Assembly (NCBI GenBank): GCA_963674695.2
Contig: CAXXGI010000001.1
Span: forward strand, 680,929 to 744,928
DNA: 64,000 bases
Direction: 5' to 3'
Source: a bacterium
GTDB lineage: Bacteria > UBA10199 > 2-02-FULL-44-16 > JAAZCA01
Part shown: positions 46,466 to 54,922 of the stretch, piece after piece
Numbering within the stretch: the first letter of the stretch is position 1
Layout of the letters: each line of letters starts with the position of its first letter
Made by a program: the position numbers and the translations under genes
Notes under the pieces: model-generated
Told to the model about the DNA's origin: nothing
Seen by the model: the letters and a program-made list of their open reading frames with translations, nothing else
The model's database searches: none

Positions 46466-47446
46466 TCATGCGTTGTATTTCTCGGCGGCGGCGGTGTGTT
46501 CGGTGGCGAGTTCTTTGCGCAGTTCTTTGGGGGTGATCACTTCGGCGAGCGAGCCGAAGGAGAGCACCCAGCTCTTCACCTCGGCCAAGCCCTCGACGGT
46601 CATGGCAAGCGTTGCCCCGCCATCGGCCTCCTCCGTGATCTCCTGCGTCGGGTGCCAGCGACGCTCCTTCACATAGTAGGCCACCTTCTTGTCGAAGCGA
46701 ATTTCCACATCGGTCGACTCGCCGTCCATCACGCGAAATCGGCCCTTCGTGAAATCTTCCATATTGAAATCTGCCGGCAGCTGAAAGATGTCGTCGGTGA
46801 GCGCGGCCTGCTCGATGCGGTCGAGCACGAACATGCGAATCTGGCCGCGCTCGTGGCAGTGGGCCACAACGTAGATCGTGCCGCCCATGAACCAGACGTG
46901 ATAGGGGTCGATGCGACGCTCGAGCGCCTCACCCTTGCCGGAACGATAGCGGATGCGCACGGTACGGTGGTCGAGGACCGCGCGATTGACGGTGTCGATC
47001 GTGTCGCGGTGCTTGCGATAGTCGCGCGCACCGGTCACGCCCACTTTGAACTTCTGCGCCAGCGAATCGATGAAGACGAGCGACTCCGGCCCGAGCATGG
47101 AGCGGACCTTCTTGAACGCCTCGCCGAGCGACTCGGAAAACGCGGTCCCCTCGAACGCCTTGAGGTGATCGTGCGCGATGGTCAGCGCCATCAGTTCGGT
47201 GAGCGCAAAGGGGATGGGCATCTTCGACCGATAGCCCTCGACGAAGAACCAGCGCTCGGCATCGCCCTCATCCTTTTCGGAATAAATCGGGAAGCCGGCG
47301 GTCTCGAGCGCCTCCATGTCGCGATAGACCGTGCGCACGTTCGCCTCGAGTTCGGCGGCCAGCTCCGGCACGGTCACGCCCTTGCGGCGGGCTTCGAGCA
47401 ACTGCAGGATCTTCCATTGACGGGAAATCTGATCACCGCGCGGCAT
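46466..47446 (-). CDS. HTH-WYL-domain transcriptional regulator (BrxR/CapW-like)
   Basis: Internal ATG 47446 with an AGGGGG SD. N-terminal wHTH ISRQWKILQLLEARRKGVTVPELAAELEANVRTVYRDMEAL and a WYL-type core RRIDPYHVWFMGGTIYVVAHCHERGQIRMFVLDRI. Confidence 0.85.
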   Translation of the reverse strand: MPRGDQISRQWKILQLLEARRKGVTVPELAAELEANVRTVYRDMEALETAGFPIYSEKDEGDAERWFFVEGYRSKMPIPFALTELMALTIAHDHLKAFEGTAFSESLGEAFKKVRSMLGPESLVFIDSLAQKFKVGVTGARDYRKHRDTIDTVNRAVLDHRTVRIRYRSGKGEALERRIDPYHVWFMGGTIYVVAHCHERGQIRMFVLDRIEQAALTDDIFQLPADFNMEDFTKGRFRVMDGESTDVEIRFDKKVAYYVKERRWHPTQEITEEADGGATLAMTVEGLAEVKSWVLSFGSLAEVITPKELRKELATEHTAAAEKYNA

Positions 47447-47512
47447 GGAAACCCCCTTTTCACAGCTAGATGCTTTTAATAAAAGAGCGATGTTGATGAC
47501 AAACCCTGCTAT

Positions 47513-47611
47513 TGTCATCCTGAGCGAGGCCGGAACGGACGAGTCGAAGGATCTCATGAGATTCCTCGACTCCCCCGGCATCATACGATGCCGGGTCCGC
47601 TCGGAATGACA
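47513..47611. repeat. REP-like unit in inverted orientation (TGTCATCCTGAGCGAGG...GGAATGACAT)
   Basis: Begins TGTCATCC and ends GAATGACAT. Same family as the 46.2-46.4 kb units, in reverse complement. Confidence 0.5.
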
Positions 47612-47699
47612 TCATGGAACTTTGTCAGCAGTCTGGCTCCTTATAGAAGAGCACATGCAAGACTGCAACGCCCTCTGCCCGATAAGCGATGAAAAACAC

Positions 47700-48104
47700 T
47701 CATGACTCAACAAGTGAATCACATATCGTCTGCAACCGCTGATGAAAACGGCGCACGCTGTTCGCGTCGAGGTGCGTGCGAAAGGTGATCTCGCCGCCAT
47801 CGACGATGGCGCGCGTTTCGAAGAGGATGGCGCCGTCGGGCAATTGCCAAAACGAAAAGAGGACGCGGGCGTTGCGCAGCAGTGCCGCCCCTTTGCGCAG
47901 CTCATCCGTATTCAGACGGTGAATGAAGGCACGACACTCGGCAAAGCCGTCCGGCCATAAAAATTCCTCGTGCACCACAAGGCTGGAGCGGCCGATGCCA
48001 CCGGGGACACGCAACTGCGCGATAACGCCAACACCTTCTTCACGCTGCGCAAGCGTGAGATCAAAAAATGCCGCCTTGGTGCTGTCGAGAATCAACCGCG
48101 TCAT
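47700..48104 (-). CDS. hypothetical protein (134 aa)
   Basis: ORF with a GAGGTG SD and host-like GC. No recognisable domain. Confidence 0.5.
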   Translation of the reverse strand: MTRLILDSTKAAFFDLTLAQREEGVGVIAQLRVPGGIGRSSLVVHEEFLWPDGFAECRAFIHRLNTDELRKGAALLRNARVLFSFWQLPDGAILFETRAIVDGGEITFRTHLDANSVRRFHQRLQTICDSLVES

Positions 48105-48163
48105 CTTTCACCTCTGCTCGCATCATACACCCCGGATGCGGCAAGGAGGGTCATGCCACTTCA

Positions 48164-48697
48164 TCAATGGAGCGAGCGATCGGCCTCTCGCTCCGGCGCC
48201 TCTTCGACCACGGCGGAGGCGACGATGTGTTTCCCGTCGCCCATCTCGTCGATGTGGTCCATGAGCAATCGCGCCATGCGTCGGCGGTACATCACGATAT
48301 GTTCGCAGGCCGCGACCAGGTCCGACGACGATCGCACCTGCGGCAGACGGCAGCCGATGATGAACCCCGCATCCTCGCAGCCGACATCGATGCCGTAGGC
48401 CTCGGTGCACTCGCGCAGACACTCCACAAAGGCCGCGGGCGCGCGCTCCATGACGTCGACCAGATGCATCTGCACGAAGGCCTCCGGGCCCGATGCATCC
48501 GATAGAGGCGTGAATGTGATGCGACAACCGCAGCGGCGATACCCCCCATATATAATGATACGACGCTCCTGCACCTGCCCGGAGATCTCGATAACGGTGA
48601 GCCCGTCGATCTCATCGATGAGGTTCACGACGCGCGCCATGAGCTGGTGTATCTGCTGAACCTCGGAACGTTCTGTGACTTCGCGGAGATGCTCCAT
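48164..48697 (-). CDS. hypothetical protein (177 aa)
   Basis: Internal ATG 48697 preceded by an AAGGAG SD. No recognisable domain. 59 nt upstream of 47700..48104. Confidence 0.5.
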   Translation of the reverse strand: MEHLREVTERSEVQQIHQLMARVVNLIDEIDGLTVIEISGQVQERRIIIYGGYRRCGCRITFTPLSDASGPEAFVQMHLVDVMERAPAAFVECLRECTEAYGIDVGCEDAGFIIGCRLPQVRSSSDLVAACEHIVMYRRRMARLLMDHIDEMGDGKHIVASAVVEEAPEREADRSLH

Positions 48698-48890
48698 CAA
48701 CCGCTCCTTTCCGGGCAACGACCTACTGCCAGATTTTCGCAGGATACCCCAATGGCGTGTCACCCAAGGTCACGTCCGATAAAAAATATTTTCCTATTTC
48801 ATCATTCCACCGTGACCCTCCCTGACAGCGTGCCGCGCTATTGTTTGCGCAAAGGAAGATTCCCTTTTCATCTGACAAAGGAGGCAGACC

Positions 48891-50021
48891 ATGAAAACGA
48901 TACGAACGATAGCGATGCTCGCCCTCATCGCCCTGGTGGCGGCATGCGGCGGTGGCGGTGGTGGAACGAGCACGCCGCCCGATGCCGAAGGGGGTGATAG
49001 TGGCGGCGATGAAACCGGTGGCGATACAACTGCCAACACGACACTCAGCGATACGGCAGCAAGCGCCACATCGCAGGCCATCTCCATCGCTGCACTCAGC
49101 ACGCTCTCGCAGGTGGGAGGCGCAGCACCGGCGGGACAGGTCGTCACCAAGGCAGCGCTCGAGGCCCTCAAACAGAGCGGGTCGCTTTCGACGACGGTGA
49201 CGGGAACGAACGGGGGCTCATGTGCGGTGACCGCGAGCGGGTCGAGCAGCACGACGACCGACCCGATGACGCTCGCCCTTTCCGGCACGATGCAATGCGA
49301 CGCCTATGCGGAGACCATCGCCCTCAGCGGCGGCGACACGTCGGTCATTCTCACGGGTGCAATCAGCATCTCGTTCACAGGATCGATGTCGCAGGATTTT
49401 AGCAGTATCGAAATAAGTTCATCGATGAGCTGGACCGATCTGGCGGCAAGCATCGCGGGAACGACCTACAGCGATGTTTCGGGAGACTACACCCTCTCCA
49501 TCTCCGGTGGCATCGGGTCGTTGGCATTTGCAGAATCTGGCACGGTGGGCAATTGCGCCGTCTCGAACACTTACACCTTCACCAGCGAGCTCGAAGAAAC
49601 GCCCGAAGCTCCGGCAGAAGCGAGCACACCGACAGACCCCGGGACAAGCGAAGAAGAAAACCTCGACGACGCCTTTGTGGTCACCTCGACGCTGGTCATC
49701 TATGGACAGGACGGAACATTTTTGGGAGTCGTCGACACAAACCGCTTCAACTCCGACTCGGTCTGCAATGGATTCGGCACCTACGGCAGCCGATATTCGA
49801 GTTATTCCATCTGGAATGAATATGGCACCTATGGTGGCGACTATGGCATCAATAGCGCCTTCAACGAATATGGGAGCTATCCGCCGATCCTATATGAATG
49901 GGATGGCGTGAACTTGAACGCGCTCTACTATGTGACGACCAATCCGTACAAAAACCCGCGCATCGATGCCTATGCGATGCTGGGTGAACTGCGCTCCTAT
50001 GGATGCAACATCGAGCGATAG
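48891..50021 (+). CDS. lipoprotein, unknown function
   Basis: MKTIRTIAMLALIALVAACGGGGGG (signal peptide plus lipobox), a Ser/Thr/Gly-rich linker and a C-terminal Tyr/Gly/Asn-rich domain. Confidence 0.75.
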   Translation: MKTIRTIAMLALIALVAACGGGGGGTSTPPDAEGGDSGGDETGGDTTANTTLSDTAASATSQAISIAALSTLSQVGGAAPAGQVVTKAALEALKQSGSLSTTVTGTNGGSCAVTASGSSSTTTDPMTLALSGTMQCDAYAETIALSGGDTSVILTGAISISFTGSMSQDFSSIEISSSMSWTDLAASIAGTTYSDVSGDYTLSISGGIGSLAFAESGTVGNCAVSNTYTFTSELEETPEAPAEASTPTDPGTSEEENLDDAFVVTSTLVIYGQDGTFLGVVDTNRFNSDSVCNGFGTYGSRYSSYSIWNEYGTYGGDYGINSAFNEYGSYPPILYEWDGVNLNALYYVTTNPYKNPRIDAYAMLGELRSYGCNIER

Positions 50022-50053
50022 CGATGGGAATCCAAGTTGACGATTTTTACGTT

Positions 50054-50136
50054 CCCTCCCCTTTGTAAGGGGAGGGCTAGGGTGGGGTAGATCTGCGATC
50101 TACCTCCCCCATCCCCTCCTTACAAAGGAGGGGGGA
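50054..50136. repeat. ~85-bp imperfect palindrome (CCCCTTTGTAAGGGGAGGG arms)
   Basis: The left arm (50054-50093) and the reverse complement of the right arm (50098-50136) are about 80% identical. Each arm contains a CCCCTT-TGT-AAGGGG type mini-hairpin. Confidence 0.6.
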
Positions 50137-50153
50137 GTTTATCCTCACTCTCA

Positions 50154-50184
50154 GGGCCGCCAACATCGGCGGCCCTTTTCTTTT
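50154..50184 (+). terminator. rho-independent terminator of the 48891..50021 gene
   Basis: GGGCCGCC / GGCGGCCC 8-bp stem with a 6-nt loop, followed by TTTTCTTTT. Confidence 0.7.
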
Positions 50185-50202
50185 GGTGGAGCACAAGGGA
50201 TT
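50184..50202 (-). other. tRNA 3'-end scar (acceptor 3' strand plus encoded CCA)
   Basis: The reverse complement AATCCCTTGTGCTCCACCA equals the last 16 nt of the 50368-50409 fragment plus CCA. Confidence 0.6.
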
Positions 50203-50290
50203 GTCACTTCATTCTGACCTAGAAGGTCATTTGTTCCGAACTTCGTTCGTCACTTGATTTATACAGCTGCATCCGCCTACGGCTAGGATG

Positions 50291-50319
50291 CAGTGGCGGT
50301 TCAAACCCTCGACCCCCAC
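50291..50319 (-). other. degenerate tRNA 3'-fragment scar
   Basis: CAGTGG-CGG-TTCAAACCCTCGACCCCCAC parallels CAGTGG-AGCACAAGGGA-TTCGAACCCTCGACCCCCAC at 50365-50401, with the acceptor/T-stem deleted. Confidence 0.4.
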
Positions 50320-50367
50320 CAATAGAAAAAGGCACATCACGTTTGGCCCATGTCGCTGTGATATCAG

Positions 50368-50409
50368 TGGAGCACAAGGGATTCGAACCCTCGACCCCCA
50401 CGTTGCGAA
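50368..50409 (-). pseudogene. 3' half of tRNA-Ala(CGC): anticodon loop through discriminator, no 5' half (att-type remnant)
   Basis: The reverse complement reads UUCGCAA (loop with anticodon CGC), CGUGG, GGGUC, GAGGG-UUCGAAU-CCCUU (T arm), GUGCUCC (U70 compatible with G3:U70) and A73. No matching D arm or 5' acceptor lies upstream. GC content drops sharply at 50410. Confidence 0.75.
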
Positions 50410-50486
50410 TCGAAAACAACGTGTTTATATATACCGAAGCAAATCATATATTTATCAATATTTTCAAACTGTTAACCCATCTTTGG

Positions 50487-50558
50487 ATGTCGGATGGAAT
50501 CGGATGTTTTGTGGCCATTTGTGAGTCGTGTGGACACAAAAATGGCCACAAAATAAGG
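50487..50558. repeat. iteron-like repeat block A (TGGNCACAAA motifs)
   Basis: GTGGACACAAAAATGGCCACAAAA, with an upstream inverted copy TTTTGTGGCCATTTGTG. About 65% identical to block B at 51150-51221. Confidence 0.5.
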
Positions 50559-50633
50559 AGTCTTGAAAAGAGAATCTCATGATGCTAACTAAAATGTTGA
50601 AAATGCTACAGTAAAAGTCTCTAGGAGGACAAA

Positions 50634-51098
50634 ATGAAAAGCTCCTCGGATGATGAGCCTGTGCAATACACTCTTATCAAACATGATGGGCCATCCAATG
50701 GACATGAATTTACCGCTGATTTTGAGACATTTAAGAAATGGATTGAGGAAGATAGAGTTCAACCAGAAGATGAGATTTATATTGGAGATATAGAATCGAG
50801 AAAATATGCGAAAGAGCATGCTTTTTACCTTAAGCTAAAACCTTCAGAAAATGCGAAACATCATGCAAAATACTTTCTTTGGGGGATAGCTTTTGGAGCA
50901 ATTCCTTTATTGTGGTGGCCGCTTATTTTTATTATTCCTATGCACATACTTGGTGTTAAAAGTGCTACAAAAATATGGAAAGAAAGTTTTATGGATAAAA
51001 GTTCATCTGAAAGAGTTGCCATCGTATGTGGCTTTTTCCTTGGTCTTTTTATTGTATTCCCACTACTTGTTTCTCCATTCTTTGTGGCGTTTGCATGA
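50634..51098 (+). CDS. membrane protein with a small N-terminal soluble (GYF_2/DUF4339-like) domain
   Basis: AGGAGG SD. The N-terminal ~75 aa (FTADFETFKKWIEEDRVQPEDEIYIGD) resemble the soluble domain of 59840..60427. Three hydrophobic helices follow. Confidence 0.6.
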   Translation: MKSSSDDEPVQYTLIKHDGPSNGHEFTADFETFKKWIEEDRVQPEDEIYIGDIESRKYAKEHAFYLKLKPSENAKHHAKYFLWGIAFGAIPLLWWPLIFIIPMHILGVKSATKIWKESFMDKSSSERVAIVCGFFLGLFIVFPLLVSPFFVAFA

Positions 51099-51149
51099 GA
51101 GGTTATTAACTTGAAGAAATAGTTAGAATTAAAAATATTTATTACTTAT

Positions 51150-51221
51150 GACGTCGGAGGAAATCGGACAAAAACCGGTCGTTATTCAATCGTGTGGTCA
51201 CAAAATTGGACACAAACAGAA
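51150..51221. repeat. iteron-like repeat block B
   Basis: GTGGTCACAAAATTGGACACAAAC, preceded by CGTCGGAGGAAATCGGAC (block A has TGTCGGATGGAATCGGAT). Confidence 0.5.
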
Positions 51222-51398
51222 GATATAAATAAACGACTCTATTATCCCAATGGGAAGAGAAAGCGTACATGGTCTGAATTACACAATACGATATCATCAG
51301 TCTTTTACAATTTATTATGACGAAATTATTGACCCATCTTCATTTGCTACAATTAATTTCTCTAGAACAATTTGATTTCAGAATCAGCCTAAGAGGTT

Positions 51399-52571
51399 TT
51401 AGGCACGATTAAAACGTTTTATAAATGTATATGAATTTGCGAAAATACGTTTTTCGTTTGTGCTTTCGAAAAAGTTTTTATTGCCTTCATATGCAAAGAA
51501 GTGAACTTTCTTAACGGAGCTAGGCATCTCATTTTCCAGAATGTTCCAAATGATTGTAGCATCACTTCGATTGGTTACAGTATTGTCTAAAAAAATAAAT
51601 ATTTTCTTTGCACCATTAACATTCAGCAGGAATTGCCTAAAATCTTGTATATAATCTGCTATTTTCCCAATCGTTATTGACCTTGGTAAGGTTTTACCAA
51701 CTTTGTCTATCTTTCCGGGAAATGTTACAATAACTCTGTTCAGTTCGTTTTCATGCTGATATGAAAGGTGAAACTTTGCAAGACATGATTCAATAAAATC
51801 CCCCATTTCCTCCTGCCCACCTCTGCCCACAGCCTCCTCAAGGAGCTGATATGGGTTATACTCGCTACCATTATACGTTAAGACTACTTCCGTTTCGTTA
51901 ATAATAATATCAAGTTCATTCGTCTTCGAGTAAAGAGTGGCGTTTTTTGCAATTTCAATTAGAATTCTTCTAATAGATGAAGCGTCTTCTTCTCCAAAAT
52001 TATTCGCAATAGTTGATGAATCCACCGCATCCGCAATGACTCTATTTACATTTTTTTCTGCAGATAGAGTCTTAACTATTTCAGAGTGCGAAAATTCATA
52101 ATTTTTGATTTTCTCAGGAGGAATAACAAAATCAGAGAAGTATCTACAGATTATATCTTTGAATTTCAATAAATGTTCGCAAAAATCATTCCAGGCAAAT
52201 ACATTAACAGAAAACTTGCCTGATTTTTGATTAAGTTCTGATAATTCCGCAGCATACTGTTGGATGTTGATGTTTCTTTGACATGTTGTCGCTATGACCA
52301 GGTGGTTTATTGACGGTGTGAATTTCAAAGCGTCAGCAACTATTTCTTTAACAGCTTTTTTCTTTAATTCACCCTTGTAATAAGAATATTTCTTGCACTG
52401 AACTCCTTCATGATAATTATCTATGCTCAATAGCACATCTACTCCATCTTGGCGTTGTCCTAGACGTCCAACTAACTGAGCATCTTTCGCATTACGATAT
52501 CTTTTAAAGAAATCACGGCAAAACTCTTCAAATATAATTGGTTCGCCTAGCGGAGCAAATAGATATTTCAT
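51399..52571 (-). CDS. Mrr-like (PD-(D/E)xK) restriction-endonuclease domain protein with a degenerate GHKL/HATPase-like middle region
   Basis: N-terminus FEEFCRDFF...GRLGQRQDGVDVLL...GVQCKKY...LVIATT follows the Mrr_cat pattern (FE.., G..D.G.D, QxK). Mid-region LIEIAKNATLY...LTYNGSEYNP...GRGGQ resembles N/G1/G2 boxes (low confidence). Confidence 0.7.
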   Translation of the reverse strand: MKYLFAPLGEPIIFEEFCRDFFKRYRNAKDAQLVGRLGQRQDGVDVLLSIDNYHEGVQCKKYSYYKGELKKKAVKEIVADALKFTPSINHLVIATTCQRNINIQQYAAELSELNQKSGKFSVNVFAWNDFCEHLLKFKDIICRYFSDFVIPPEKIKNYEFSHSEIVKTLSAEKNVNRVIADAVDSSTIANNFGEEDASSIRRILIEIAKNATLYSKTNELDIIINETEVVLTYNGSEYNPYQLLEEAVGRGGQEEMGDFIESCLAKFHLSYQHENELNRVIVTFPGKIDKVGKTLPRSITIGKIADYIQDFRQFLLNVNGAKKIFIFLDNTVTNRSDATIIWNILENEMPSSVKKVHFFAYEGNKNFFESTNEKRIFANSYTFIKRFNRA

Positions 52572-52824
52572 AATTTATCATCTCCATAATCCATTAGTAT
52601 TTACCTTGACTCTTTACACGTTGAACAAACATTTTCTACTACACCTTCCATATTCTAAGTAACCGCTCCTTATCAAATGTATCTCGATTGCGATTTTCTC
52701 GAACGTAGCGCGTCTCAATATATCCTACAATAATCAGCATCACTGATTTCACTGCCTTCGATTTTTAAGTGCCACTGCTTCATCTTATCTATGAGGTCTT
52801 GGCTGTATTTCATATCGGTGATTC

Positions 52825-54630
52825 TTACTCCTGTTTTGTCTCAAGTCGAAGGATTGAACAAAGTAAGACGCAATAAATAATTTGGGCTGATAACTGCTCA
52901 TTGAAACAATCTGATGTCAACAAACCATGAGCCACATTGTTTCTGATGTTCAATCCCCTTTTGTCTACCAAAAGACATTGGAGATATAAGCGAAGGTCAT
53001 TTGGAACTGTCGCTACAAATATCTCATCAGCCAGCAATTCATAAAGAGTACGCACTTGAGTTGTTCTGTCATGTCTTTTGTATTTTGTAGATACTACTTT
53101 GACTGCAATTGCGATGTTTCTTATTATTCTTTCACATTGAAGAGTTAAAATATGAACGGACGCAATATAGTCTCCATTATAATGTGCTAATATGCCTTGT
53201 CTCAAAATATCAATTTCAGTTTCCTTGATGAATGGTGAGTTCCCGATAAATTCAAGAATATCGTCTTCAGACACAACAGCACGTTTTTTTATTTCATCAA
53301 GAACGAGGGCTATAAATCCACTGTATGTTGAGAGGTCACGGGCCAGATGCTGAATTATGTGACCGGTTTCATCCTTTTCAATGCTACCTATTCTTGCTTC
53401 AACGTTGCCGTTTCTAATTAAAGTTGTGTCCAAAAGAGAGAGTAAAACACAATCTTTCTTAATATAATCGCAATTTCTCTTGGCATTTTCCGTATTTGGC
53501 ATAAATTCCGTTATCAGTTTTGTCAGAGCCTCTTTAGCCGAACCTTTACAGACTTCATTTACCATCTGGCTAATATCCTTTTGAGGTATTTTGACTTCAA
53601 CAGATATTTCCTTCATCTCGCTTTTTGCGTTTTTACCTCTATTCTTCATTTTACGAAGAACCCTTTTTTTGTCTTCAATCATTCTATATTGGTCATAGTT
53701 ATTAAGAACTCTTTCCAACCATCCGATAGCAAGAAGAGAACTTGCACTTTTTGAAACCATTTCAAAATATATTCCAGATTTTTGGATTACCCTTTTCACA
53801 TCAACAGTCGAGCCGCTTTTAGTATAGTATTTTGCCAAACGTTCTGCTGATGCTTCAGCAACAAACGGGTCGGGATATTTACCACCTGACATCTCACTAT
53901 ATTCCCCTAGTATCTTCTCTAGTTCAGATATAATTTTATTGCTTTCCTCTTTTGATAAATCCACCTTTGGATTGTCCATCAAATCATCATAAAGGAAAGC
54001 CCATAGCCCAATCTTATCGAAATCCGCTATTTTATCGTAAAGGGAAAACATTACATCTTTACATCGAGAGCGCAGAGAACCATCATTTATGGAAAGTGAT
54101 AGGTCTAGCGCTCTTTCACAGTAGTGAATGGCGTAGAGACTTTCCTTATACAGTTCGTTCTCAACAGACTTGAGGTATGCGTCGATTGCTCTTCGAGCAA
54201 ATATAATATCCGGCTTATTCCCTGTTGCCAGTTCGGACAACTCCCAAATCAAATCCGAATATCGGGCTTTCATTATTGGGTGTTGAATTTCTTCGGAGCG
54301 TTTCATCCAGTGTTCAATCTCAGCAGCATCAACACTTTTAATATCTGGTATTCTTACCTGATTACCATCTCCATCAACCAAACTTGCCATAGGTCGGAAA
54401 TATGTATCGTCTTCATCTTTATCATCATCCGAATAGCTGAATGTAAAAGCCGTAACGTCGTATCTAACAGATGAAGGAACCTCTCCCGTTTTCCCTGCCC
54501 TATCGTCCCACCATTTTCGCAAATGGTTTTTTATGGTTAGTGCAAATGCCTTCTGTAAATTCTTGCTATATTCAGGAACCATCTCAGAAAACTCTTTTTC
54601 CAACTGTTTGTTATTGTGTGTGTCGGTCAT
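52825..54630 (-). CDS. large helical protein with a C-terminal Rx4H (HEPN-type; DUF4209/Abi_C-like) motif
   Basis: ATG 54630 (AAGGAA SD) is preferred over the GTG at 54678. The C-terminus reads LLVDKRGLNIRNNVAHGLL, i.e. R-N-N-V-A-H, which is Rx4H. The rest is helical with no other motif. Confidence 0.7.
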   Translation of the reverse strand: MTDTHNNKQLEKEFSEMVPEYSKNLQKAFALTIKNHLRKWWDDRAGKTGEVPSSVRYDVTAFTFSYSDDDKDEDDTYFRPMASLVDGDGNQVRIPDIKSVDAAEIEHWMKRSEEIQHPIMKARYSDLIWELSELATGNKPDIIFARRAIDAYLKSVENELYKESLYAIHYCERALDLSLSINDGSLRSRCKDVMFSLYDKIADFDKIGLWAFLYDDLMDNPKVDLSKEESNKIISELEKILGEYSEMSGGKYPDPFVAEASAERLAKYYTKSGSTVDVKRVIQKSGIYFEMVSKSASSLLAIGWLERVLNNYDQYRMIEDKKRVLRKMKNRGKNAKSEMKEISVEVKIPQKDISQMVNEVCKGSAKEALTKLITEFMPNTENAKRNCDYIKKDCVLLSLLDTTLIRNGNVEARIGSIEKDETGHIIQHLARDLSTYSGFIALVLDEIKKRAVVSEDDILEFIGNSPFIKETEIDILRQGILAHYNGDYIASVHILTLQCERIIRNIAIAVKVVSTKYKRHDRTTQVRTLYELLADEIFVATVPNDLRLYLQCLLVDKRGLNIRNNVAHGLLTSDCFNEQLSAQIIYCVLLCSILRLETKQE

Positions 54631-54718
54631 TTTTGTTTCCTTGAATAATGTCTTTTGTATCCTTGACTTATCAGCCACAACGCTATATTTTGCAAGTCAA
54701 TTTATGGAGGGTATGCCT

Positions 54719-54922
54719 ATGGAACTCGTCAAACAATTGGAGGACTTTCGACTGGAGCAAAGGCTATCACAAGAGGAGCTGGCAAAGCGGCTTAATGTGG
54801 CTTTCAGTACTGTGAATCGTTGGTTCAATGGCCGGTCGCAGCCAAACAAGATTCAGAGTTATCATATAAAGAAACTTTTAAATTCCTTATCTTCGATTGA
54901 AAGGAACAAACCAAAATGGTGA
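54719..54922 (+). CDS. XRE/Cro-type HTH regulator (67 aa)
   Basis: GGAGGG SD about 8 nt upstream. LSQEELAKRLNVAFSTVNRWFNGRSQP is a classic HTH_3 motif. TTGACT/TATATT promoter-like hexamers at about 54663-54690. Divergent from 52825..54630. Confidence 0.75.
   Translation: MELVKQLEDFRLEQRLSQEELAKRLNVAFSTVNRWFNGRSQPNKIQSYHIKKLLNSLSSIERNKPKW

Noticed and set aside
50368-50440. A possible intact tRNA gene.
   Set aside because: Only the anticodon loop through the 3' end is present. The sequence upstream (50410 onward) cannot form the anticodon-stem 5' strand, the D arm or the 5' acceptor strand.
52715-52813. A 32-aa minus-strand ORF (MKYSQDLIDKMKQWHLKIEGSEISDADYCRIY) just downstream of the Rx4H protein gene.
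   Set aside because: There is no convincing SD at a proper distance and no recognisable motif, and it is below the size where an ORF alone is evidence. I note it only as something to check with Ribo-seq or conservation.
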